From the NCBI GenBank assembly GCA_030632925.1, contig DAOVTU010000001.1:1-26455 (forward strand): a DNA stretch of 26,455 bases. Reading direction: 5' to 3'. This DNA comes from Candidatus Krumholzibacteriia bacterium (GTDB lineage: Bacteria > Krumholzibacteriota > Krumholzibacteriia > LZORAL124-64-63). Below the pieces are notes generated by a model. The model was given only the letters and a program-made list of their open reading frames with translations. It made no database searches and was not told the origin of the DNA. A program made the translations under genes and the position numbers. The stretch's first letter is position 1, and each line of letters starts with the position of its first letter. Below are positions 8,048 to 15,896 of the stretch, piece after piece.

Positions 8048-10369
8048 CTATTCGTTGGTGGTTCCGGTTTCGTCTCCGGAATTCAGCACGGATTTTTTCG
8101 CGCCGATGATTGCATTATAAATCTCGCGGTCAATCAAGACTTTTTCCACATAGGCCCGCGTTTCGGGGTAACCGATCCAGGCCAGATAGATGTCCGCCTC
8201 GGCGTCTCCGCCCAGTTGCCGGTCCCAGCGGCTGGCCGCTCCCGGCCCGGCATTGTAGGCCGCCAGGATGCGGTACGGATCGCCCTTGTAGCGGCGTCTG
8301 TTTTCAGTCAGCAACCCATCGCCACGCTTGATGCTCATGGCCGGGATACGCCAGTTGCCAGGTCCGAACACCGCACCATTTTGCGGGTAATGGAAGGGCA
8401 TGATCTGCATCCAGCCCAGGGCCCCGGCCCGCGAACGCACCGCCGGTTCAAAAAGGGACTCGTTGCGGGCAACGGCCAGCAACAGCGCCGGTTCGTTGTC
8501 GCCGGCCAGGATGGCTTCCCGGATCGGACCGTCAGTTGGCAACGGATACAGGAAGAGACGCTTTTCGTCCCGCGTGAGCCCGCGGCCCGGCAATTCGAAA
8601 GCCAGCCCCAAAATACCCCGCATATCGCCAATGGCCAGACAGAATCCCAACAAGGCGTGCCGATCCAGCTCGCTGCCCCGCACTTCGGGCAACAATCCAG
8701 GCACCAGCGAGGGCCGCGGCGGCGTTTGCCAGCCGCACAGACGCCCAGCGTCCACATCAGTGGTCTGCCGCAACAATTCGGGCAACCAGGGCCGATCACC
8801 CAGGCGCAGGGCCACCACGGCCAGGGCGGAATCCAGGAGTTTGGTGTCCGAATCACCCTCCAGCCCCTTCAAAAGGGCCTCGCGATAGGCAATAGCACGG
8901 GTTTTACGGTCGCCGGACACCTGGGCCGGATCCGCCAGCGCCACACCCCATTTGTACCAGATTTGCCACAGATCCTGATCCGCGGCGGCCGCGAACCCTG
9001 CGTGGGCTTTGGCAGTCACCGGTCGCACAATCGGCGCTGCACCCGACCCGATCAGAAGGCGCGCCAGATCCACACTGTCATTGCTCAACGGCTCCGCGGC
9101 AGAGCCGTTGCGGTCCAATTGGGCGTTCCACTGCCGAATCTCCGCCACGAAGGCATCCCGTTCTGCGTCGTTAAAATGAGCCAGGCCCATCTTTCGGATA
9201 CGCCGGGCAGTAGCCAGATCATCCTTGGCCAGGCACAGCACCAGCGCCTGTTCCGTCCATTGCCGCAATCGGCGACGCAACCCTTTGGTGCCCCGCCCTT
9301 CACCGGCCAATTGCAGGGCGTTCTCCAGATCGGTCAGGCCTTCGACCCAGGCTCCCTTGAGCGCTCTCAATTCTGAAGCCCGGCGCCAGACATCCATGCG
9401 CCAACCGGGACTGATACCCTGCCGTCCGGCCAATTGTTCGTAGGAACCCGCATGTCCCTTGCGCAGGCGACGTTGACCGCGGACCCAGCGGCCCTGATGG
9501 CTGAAGCCCTGCGGTGGTTTAGGATATTTCTTGTAATGGGCAGGCAAGTCTTTGCTGTCCAGCAAGATGCCTCCCAGTCCAGCCTTCCACTCGTTCGAAA
9601 GACCAGAGGCGTACAACTCCTGGGCACTGAACCAGCCTTTGCCAACGCCGGCCAGCACCGATCCCAGTTCTTCCTGGTCGCCCTCGGGCGTCAATACCGG
9701 TGCGCCCGCTGCGCGACGGTGCGCAGCCCACAAGACCCAGGCTTTGCCTTTGTCAAAAGGCCCCAGCTCGGACATGGCCGGCCACAAGGTTTCGTCTTTG
9801 GGCAGGGGATTCTGGGCCAATTGTCGAGTTAGTCTATGGCGCAGGTCCCAGACCAGTTGCTCCCGTGGATCCAGGCCAAAGGCTTTGCTCTGGCCGAGAA
9901 TCTCCAACGCCAACTCGGCTGCCGTTGCCTGGTCACCGTCTGCGACGGCCCGGAAAAAAGACCGGGTCAGCCTTTCGGCCCGCAGAAACAGAAAATCTTC
10001 TGCACCAACCCGCCCGGCCTCGAGATCGTCCAGGGCTTGCCGGGCTGAGCCCAGCCAGGTGTCGTCCTGCAGGTGGTTCAGAAAAAGGTGGGTCAGGCTG
10101 GAGTTGGCCGGCTGTGAACCGGACTCAAGCACCGTCCGGACCGCCTTGCTCCAGGTGGAGTCCAATTGGGCGGGCTCCAGCAATCCGGCCGGATAGCCAC
10201 CAGCGAGGTCAACGGCCTCCGGATTATTCCAAGTGCCGACCTGAAATTTTTCAATGAAGGGGTCGTGCAAAGGCCCAGCCGTTGCGGTCCGGGCGCCGGA
10301 AAGGGTCCACATGAGCAGGGCAACAGCGACCAGAGGTATGGCCTGCGAGCGGAATCGTCGAAAAATCAA
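8048..10369 (-). CDS. Exported soluble lytic transglycosylase (Slt70-like C-terminal SLT domain, long uncharacterised N-terminal region)
   Basis: LLLAVARNES (catalytic Glu), AGALGWMQIMP, ILAAYNAGPG, YPETRAYVEKV. I place the start at TTG 10369 (in frame, TTGA overlap with the upstream stop), giving signal peptide MIFRRFRSQAIPLVAVALLMWTLSGARTATA and 773 aa. The ORF-track start at 10474 lies inside the upstream gene. Confidence 0.88.
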   Translation of the reverse strand: MIFRRFRSQAIPLVAVALLMWTLSGARTATAGPLHDPFIEKFQVGTWNNPEAVDLAGGYPAGLLEPAQLDSTWSKAVRTVLESGSQPANSSLTHLFLNHLQDDTWLGSARQALDDLEAGRVGAEDFLFLRAERLTRSFFRAVADGDQATAAELALEILGQSKAFGLDPREQLVWDLRHRLTRQLAQNPLPKDETLWPAMSELGPFDKGKAWVLWAAHRRAAGAPVLTPEGDQEELGSVLAGVGKGWFSAQELYASGLSNEWKAGLGGILLDSKDLPAHYKKYPKPPQGFSHQGRWVRGQRRLRKGHAGSYEQLAGRQGISPGWRMDVWRRASELRALKGAWVEGLTDLENALQLAGEGRGTKGLRRRLRQWTEQALVLCLAKDDLATARRIRKMGLAHFNDAERDAFVAEIRQWNAQLDRNGSAAEPLSNDSVDLARLLIGSGAAPIVRPVTAKAHAGFAAAADQDLWQIWYKWGVALADPAQVSGDRKTRAIAYREALLKGLEGDSDTKLLDSALAVVALRLGDRPWLPELLRQTTDVDAGRLCGWQTPPRPSLVPGLLPEVRGSELDRHALLGFCLAIGDMRGILGLAFELPGRGLTRDEKRLFLYPLPTDGPIREAILAGDNEPALLLAVARNESLFEPAVRSRAGALGWMQIMPFHYPQNGAVFGPGNWRIPAMSIKRGDGLLTENRRRYKGDPYRILAAYNAGPGAASRWDRQLGGDAEADIYLAWIGYPETRAYVEKVLIDREIYNAIIGAKKSVLNSGDETGTTNE

Positions 10370-13218
10370 TGGATCAGCACCACCTTGCGCGTCAAAACCG
10401 GGCCGGATCCTTCCAGCCGGATGTAATAAATGCCGGTCGCCGCTCGGGCGCCGTTTTCGCTCCGTCCATCCCAAACCACCAGTTGTTGGCCGGCGTCGAA
10501 ATGGCGGGTCAGTATCAGGCGCCCACGCACATCATAAATGCGCAACAGACCCTTGCTGTCAGTTGGGATATCCAGCAGGAAGCGGACTTCACCATTGGCC
10601 GGGTTCGGCCAGGGCTCACCCATGACGGCTGTCACGCCATCTCCCCCGTCAGGATAAACGACTATCTGCTGACTGGCTACCCGTCCTGCCGGACGTGGGC
10701 CGACAATGCGGATCTGGTGTCGTTGCCGTGCGGCTCCCGAAAGGGCCGCCAAAATTGTGGAGCCCGGCACGCCGTACCGTTGCGCGCCCACCGGTTCCAG
10801 GGATTCTTCCAGAACCGTGGACCAGGCCGAGCCGCCATCGGAGCGGGTCTCCACCCGGAACACCGGATCACCAGCGGCGGACCAGGGCCAGGACCAGCTC
10901 AAGTCGCCATTCCACTCAGCAACAAATCCCACCGGGGTTTCCGAGGCCAGAACCGGCTCGATGTCGGCGATGAACCAACCGCGAGCGCGCCATAGACTGT
11001 TGGCACCAAAGACCAGACGCAGGCGCCAGGGGCCAGGGCCATTGGCCGGAATCGGAAAGGTGTCGGTTCGCCATTCGGGCACATCACCCTCAAGATTCAA
11101 TGCGGGGTTAACAAAGGCATCCTGCCCGTGCAAGGGGCTGAAGGATTTTTCTTCGACCGAGCCCCCATATCCTTCCAGCGGCACGGCCGTCACCTCGGCG
11201 CCGTCGGGCCCCACCCAAACCACGAGCCCGCCATCCATGGCCACGCGGTCGGTCAGCATTTCCACTTCAATGGCGTGGGTTAATCGCACCGCGCCAATAT
11301 CTGCCCCAAGCGGTTCGCTGGTCAGGGTGGTATAGGCGCTATTCTCATAATTCACGTTAGGCCAGGCCGAGGCGTCGGTATAAGTGACGCCAGTGCAGGC
11401 CAAGACCATGTCCTGGTCGGCCGTCAGCCACGGGGCCGCATCCCAGCGGTGCCAGGTGGTGTCGGTTTCGTTGTCGGGATAGGCGATGGTCCAGGCCCAG
11501 GGCCAGCTCCAGCGAAAGTCCAGCACGTTGCCGGTGTTGGTCCAGGCCCACCGTCTGGTCTCGGCCTGATTGACGTCAGTGCCATTGTAGATGCGGAAGC
11601 GGAACGACGTGGTGGAATCGTCCCCCAGGTTGGCGTCCAATTGCCACAGGATATCTGCCGTGGGCATCCAGAGCCCAGGCTCACTTTCGACCAGCGCGAA
11701 GTCGGCGATCTGGCTGCCGTCGGCGACAAAAAAGCCGTGGGACGGCACCGACATGGAACGCACTTCGCAACGCAGGCCGCTGGCGGGTTGGCCGGTTTCC
11801 TGCGCCCTGAAATCGAGCCGCAAGGGACCACTGCCAGGGTCGATAAAAGAGTAGTCGAACGACAGGGAATGCTCCGTGTCGAGGCTGACGCCAAAACTGA
11901 CTCCGCCAGGCAGGCCGGCAATGTTGGTCAACGCGATACCGCTGGGTCCGGACTCGTAACTGTTGCTGGCCGGGATGGTATTCGGTCCAAAATCCAATAC
12001 CTGCAACGGCCCCGGAAACAAATCTTCCGGACGTCCAGGATCCAACCCCTGGGCCAACATGCGATCCGCATCTGCTTCGACCAACCGCGCCCGCAGGTGC
12101 CACTGGTAGGGCCCGTCTTCATGCCAATTGCCTTCGGCCACGTTTTCGTCGATGTGATAGACCAACAATTGCCCACCGGGCACGTTGGCGTCGAAGGGTG
12201 CGTTGCCCACCGGGTCGCGGGTCTCCAGCAGGAAAAATTCGGGGCCCTCGGTGCCTGTGGTCCACACCCGCGCGCTCTCGCCGGGCTGCAACGTATCGAG
12301 CACGGCACCGGCCAGGTTGCGGGTCTCAATCCAGCCCATCTGGGCAGACGAATATGCATCCGGCAACGCCGCGCCGTAGCCACCGCCAATGCCCCAGGCG
12401 CCAGAACTCATGAGGCTGAAGCGCCCCAGTCCGCCGACCGAAAGCACTTCACTGGCGCCAGCCGGATGCAGCAGCGGATCGTACCGGTCCTCCATGCCCA
12501 ACAGGTGCGCCGTCTCGTGGGCCCAGATACCCGGCCCACTCTGCAGACTGGCCACGGCGTAGAACGAGGCCGAAATGCCCAGTGACATCACCGGTTCGTC
12601 GAGGTAGAACTGCAGGGCCTGGATCAGGCCTTCGTCCGGATCATTTTCGTTGCCGATACCCGCGTGTAGGATCAGCACGCCATCGACCTGTCCATCGTCG
12701 TCGGCGGTGCCGGCAATTCCGTCGGGTCCATCAATATCCAGGCGCCGAAATTCCAGGCCCAGGTCGCGCACCGCGGTGATGGATTCGGTGGCCAGTTTGC
12801 GCGTGCGGGTGAAACCGTTCAGATCGCGATCGCTGTACAGGCGACGGGTCTCGGGCAAGTGCACCACGGGCGCCGTGATGATGGAAAGTTCCAATCGGCC
12901 GCCGGAAGCGACGCGGAAATATTCGCTGAGGGTTTCGCCGGTGTCGGGCTCGAGGCGCTGTGACAGCTCGCGTTGGTCCCAATCGCTGGACAATCGGGCG
13001 TCCGAAAAATCGACGGGGATGACCAGCAGGCCAAATTTCGCGGGACCAGCGGCTTTGTCGACGGCGATGTTTCTCTGCAGAGAAGCCTGGCGGCGGTCAG
13101 CGCGCAACTGGTGCAGTTGGTCGTCTCTGGCTAGGCCGGGCGCTGCAAACAAGCTGCAAAGGGCCAGTAAAGTGAACCCTTGGGCCAGTCGATTTCCTGC
13201 AATGGTATGAAACGCCAT
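10366..13218 (-). CDS. Secreted M6 (immune inhibitor A-like) metalloprotease with C-terminal FlgD-Ig / T9SS type A sorting-like domain
   Basis: Signal peptide MAFHTIAGNRLAQGFTLLALCSLFAAPGLA; LLVIPVDFSD; DGQVDGVLILHAG; zinc motif HETAHLLGMEDRYD (12505-12519 for HETAH); FSLMSSGAW; EFFLLETR. C-terminus PWPNPANGEVRF...RIYDVRGRLI...VWDGRSENG...TGIYYIRL...RKVVLIH. Start ATG 13218 preferred over 13245. Confidence 0.88.
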   Translation of the reverse strand: MAFHTIAGNRLAQGFTLLALCSLFAAPGLARDDQLHQLRADRRQASLQRNIAVDKAAGPAKFGLLVIPVDFSDARLSSDWDQRELSQRLEPDTGETLSEYFRVASGGRLELSIITAPVVHLPETRRLYSDRDLNGFTRTRKLATESITAVRDLGLEFRRLDIDGPDGIAGTADDDGQVDGVLILHAGIGNENDPDEGLIQALQFYLDEPVMSLGISASFYAVASLQSGPGIWAHETAHLLGMEDRYDPLLHPAGASEVLSVGGLGRFSLMSSGAWGIGGGYGAALPDAYSSAQMGWIETRNLAGAVLDTLQPGESARVWTTGTEGPEFFLLETRDPVGNAPFDANVPGGQLLVYHIDENVAEGNWHEDGPYQWHLRARLVEADADRMLAQGLDPGRPEDLFPGPLQVLDFGPNTIPASNSYESGPSGIALTNIAGLPGGVSFGVSLDTEHSLSFDYSFIDPGSGPLRLDFRAQETGQPASGLRCEVRSMSVPSHGFFVADGSQIADFALVESEPGLWMPTADILWQLDANLGDDSTTSFRFRIYNGTDVNQAETRRWAWTNTGNVLDFRWSWPWAWTIAYPDNETDTTWHRWDAAPWLTADQDMVLACTGVTYTDASAWPNVNYENSAYTTLTSEPLGADIGAVRLTHAIEVEMLTDRVAMDGGLVVWVGPDGAEVTAVPLEGYGGSVEEKSFSPLHGQDAFVNPALNLEGDVPEWRTDTFPIPANGPGPWRLRLVFGANSLWRARGWFIADIEPVLASETPVGFVAEWNGDLSWSWPWSAAGDPVFRVETRSDGGSAWSTVLEESLEPVGAQRYGVPGSTILAALSGAARQRHQIRIVGPRPAGRVASQQIVVYPDGGDGVTAVMGEPWPNPANGEVRFLLDIPTDSKGLLRIYDVRGRLILTRHFDAGQQLVVWDGRSENGARAATGIYYIRLEGSGPVLTRKVVLIH

Positions 13219-13254
13219 GAGTCGCTTTCGGCCGGGTAAAATCAAGTCAGCCCC

Positions 13255-13298
13255 AAAAGAACCGGCCCGGTCGTCAGGAGTTCCCGACCGGGCCGACC
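13255..13298 (-). terminator. Intrinsic terminator after purH
   Basis: GGCCCGGTCG (13264-13273) and CGACCGGGCC (13285-13294) perfect 10-bp stem, extendable with C-G/G-U pairs, followed on the minus strand by CTTTT. Confidence 0.7.
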
Positions 13299-13306
13299 AT
13301 CACATC

Positions 13307-13312
13307 ATTATA
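13307..13312 (-). promoter_or_regulatory. Isolated perfect -10 hexamer (TATAAT) between the purH stop and the hairpin
   Basis: ttgaccgTATAATgatg on the minus strand. The -35 position gives only TTTCAA (3/6). Confidence 0.35.
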
Positions 13313-13322
13313 CGGTCAATGC

Positions 13323-14858
13323 TCAATGATTGAAATGGCGTCTTCCCGTCAAAATCAGGGTCACGCCCAATTCACCCGCCCGCGCCGCCACTTCATCGTC
13401 CCGGATCGAGCCCCCGGGAGCGATGATGGCCCTGGCTCCGGCCTCGGCCAGCTTTTCGACACCGTCGGGAAACGGGAAGAACCCATCCGAAGCCGCCACA
13501 CAGCCTTTGAGGTCCAAATCCTGGTTGCCGGCCTTGAGCACCGCCAGTTCCGTGGAATCCACCCGGCTCATCTGGCCAAAGCCCAAGCCCAGGGTGGCCG
13601 TCAGGTCGCCCAGCACGATGCCGTTGCTCTTGCCGTGCTTGCACACCTTCCAGACCATCTCCAGCGCCGTGCGGGTCGCGGCATCGGGCTCGGGGCCTGC
13701 CGCCAATTTCCACTCGGCCAATTCAGGAAAGCCCGTGTCTTCATCCTGCCGCAATTCCAATTGGCCCCAACTGCGTGAGCGGCCGCTGGTTTTGGCCAGG
13801 AAATCGGCCACATTGACGGTCAGCACACGCACGTTTTTCTTCTTGGTCAAACGCGCCAGGGCCTCATCGGTGTAGCTCGGTGCCACGATGATTTCCAGGA
13901 AGCGCTTGGCCAGAATCTCGGCCGTCGCCAGATCAACTTCGGCGTTGAAGGCAAAGACGCCACCGAAGGCGGAAACCGGATCGCATTTCAAGGCCCGTTC
14001 GAGCCCCTCCACGCCGGTGCCCAAACCGAACCCGCAGGGATTGGTGTGCTTCAGCACAGCGCAACATGGATCATCGAAATCACCGATCAATTTTACGCCG
14101 GCGATGAGATCCACAATGTTGTTGTAGCTGAGTTCCTTGCCCCCGTGCTGGGTCACGCCGATGGCCGACAAAGCCGGCTCGCCACCCTGAGCTGGCGGCA
14201 GCACCAGCGAGGCGCCCTGATGTGGGTTCTCGCCGTAACGCAACTCCAGTCCCGGACGCGACTCGGTCACGTCTTCAAACCAGGTGGCGATGGCGTTGTT
14301 GTAACGCTCGGCCAGGCGGAAGGTCGCAGCAGCCATCCGGCGCCGGAATTCCAGGCCCGTTTCGCCGGTGCCACTTTCCAACTCGGTCAGCAATTCGTCG
14401 TAGTACGCCGGATCACTGACTACGGTCACCCGCTTGAAGTTCTTGGCCGCTGCCCGCAACAGGGTCGGCCCGCCAATATCAATCTTCTCGACGGTCGCCG
14501 CTTCGTCCGCACCGGCGGCCACCGCTTCGGTGAACTGGTACAGGTTGACCACGACGATGTCGATGGGTCCGATACCCATTTCCAGTGTCTCTTCAAAAGC
14601 TTCCCGGCTCGGCCCAAGAATACCGCCGTGCACGATCGGATGCAGGGTCTTGACCCGGCCCCCGAAAATTTCCGGATAGCCCGTCAATTCACCGACGCCC
14701 GTGACAGGCACGTCGTTTTCCTTCAGCATGGCCGAGGTGCCGCCCGAGGCGATCAACTGGTAGCCATGGCCGATCAGTGCGCGTCCCATTTCCACCAGAC
14801 GGCTCTTGTCGGTCACGCTGAGCAGGGCTCGCTTTTGGTCTACAGATACTGCTGCCAT
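13323..14858 (-). CDS. purH: Bifunctional AICAR transformylase / IMP cyclohydrolase PurH
   Basis: RALLSVTDKS, ASGGTS, GGRVKTLHP, EKIDIGGPTLLRAAAKN, LRYGENPHQ, KHTNPCG, DPVSAFGG, ASDGFFPF, PGGSIRD, RHFNH end. GGAGG RBS. 19-bp overlap with the end of purC. Confidence 0.97.
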   Translation of the reverse strand: MAAVSVDQKRALLSVTDKSRLVEMGRALIGHGYQLIASGGTSAMLKENDVPVTGVGELTGYPEIFGGRVKTLHPIVHGGILGPSREAFEETLEMGIGPIDIVVVNLYQFTEAVAAGADEAATVEKIDIGGPTLLRAAAKNFKRVTVVSDPAYYDELLTELESGTGETGLEFRRRMAAATFRLAERYNNAIATWFEDVTESRPGLELRYGENPHQGASLVLPPAQGGEPALSAIGVTQHGGKELSYNNIVDLIAGVKLIGDFDDPCCAVLKHTNPCGFGLGTGVEGLERALKCDPVSAFGGVFAFNAEVDLATAEILAKRFLEIIVAPSYTDEALARLTKKKNVRVLTVNVADFLAKTSGRSRSWGQLELRQDEDTGFPELAEWKLAAGPEPDAATRTALEMVWKVCKHGKSNGIVLGDLTATLGLGFGQMSRVDSTELAVLKAGNQDLDLKGCVAASDGFFPFPDGVEKLAEAGARAIIAPGGSIRDDEVAARAGELGVTLILTGRRHFNH

Positions 14859-15742
14859 TTGGCGGCCTCCCCGGGAAAGAGAATATCCAGCACCTCGCGG
14901 TAGCGCGCATAAGTGTGGTTGAGCACTTCAGCGGGCAGGCGCGGTGGCGGATATTCGTGATTCCAGTCCAGGGTTTCCAGATGATTGCGCAGGATCTGCT
15001 TGTCCCAGCTCTCGGGTTCGGTTCCCGCCTGGTAGGTCTCGGCGGGCCAGAAACGGCTGGAGTCCGGCGTCAGCGCTTCGTCAATCAGCGTGATCTTGCC
15101 GTTGATGATGCCAAATTCAAATTTCGTATCGGCCAGGATCACACCTTTGGGCAGGGCATAGGCCGCAGCCTCGGTGTACAAGCGCATGGAGATGTCACGC
15201 AGGGTCACGGCGTGCTCGGCACCCACGATTTCAGCGGCGGTTTCGAAGGGAATATTGATGTCGTGCCCTTCGTCCTCTTTGGTCGCCGGCGTAAAAATCG
15301 CCTCCGGCAGAGGGCTGGCCAATTGCAGGCCGTCGGGCAGGTGGTGGCCACAGACGGTGCCGTCTTCCTGGTAGCTCTTCCAGCCGGAGCCGGCGATGTA
15401 GCCGCGCACGACACATTCGACGTCAAAGCGGTCGGCCTTCCAGACCAGTATGGAACGGCCGCCCAAATGCTCTGCATGGTCGCAGAAGGGTGCCGGAAAT
15501 TCCGTGGCGTCGGCCGTGATCACGTGGTTGGGCACGTCTGCGAAATGGTTGAACCAGGCCATGCTCATGATGTTGAGCACAACCCCCCGACCGGGTACCA
15601 AATCGTCCATGATGACGTCAAAGGCGGAGATGCGGTCCGTCGAGACGATCAGGAATTTGTCACCGAGATCGAACATGTCCCGGACTTTGCCCTCGTAATG
15701 AGGCTCAAGGCCCAGATCCCTGGTACTGCGCAAGGCTCCCAT
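14840..15742 (-). CDS. purC: SAICAR synthetase PurC
   Basis: EGKVRDMF, STDRISAFDV, ECVVRGYIAGSGW, IFTPATK, ILADTKFEFG, DEALTPDSSRFW, SWDKQ. Start ATG 15742 with a GGGAG RBS (300 aa); the 48-aa extension in the ORF track is non-coding leader. Confidence 0.96.
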   Translation of the reverse strand: MGALRSTRDLGLEPHYEGKVRDMFDLGDKFLIVSTDRISAFDVIMDDLVPGRGVVLNIMSMAWFNHFADVPNHVITADATEFPAPFCDHAEHLGGRSILVWKADRFDVECVVRGYIAGSGWKSYQEDGTVCGHHLPDGLQLASPLPEAIFTPATKEDEGHDINIPFETAAEIVGAEHAVTLRDISMRLYTEAAAYALPKGVILADTKFEFGIINGKITLIDEALTPDSSRFWPAETYQAGTEPESWDKQILRNHLETLDWNHEYPPPRLPAEVLNHTYARYREVLDILFPGEAAKWQQYL

Positions 15743-15867
15743 GGGACTCCCTTTACCGGTTGTCCGGCGCTGGAAACGCCGGAATGATCGAGAACTGGCC
15801 GTCTGGCGCAGATTCCGAAACGCGGACAGGGCATCGCAGCACCCTGTTTCAACGACTCCAAGGGCGC

Positions 15868-15896
15868 AGTTTAGGCAGGAGCTCACCCGGTGTCAA
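15868..15896 (-). promoter_or_regulatory. Sigma70-type promoter for purC-purH
   Basis: TTGACA (15896-15891), 17-bp spacer, TAAACT (15873-15868). The -35 box overlaps the comEC TGA stop. Confidence 0.75.

Noticed and set aside
15743-15865. ZTP (pfl), guanine or PRPP/ppGpp riboswitch upstream of purC-purH
   Set aside because: Conserved core sequences not found by eye. Kept only as an unassigned structured leader; cmscan would be decisive.
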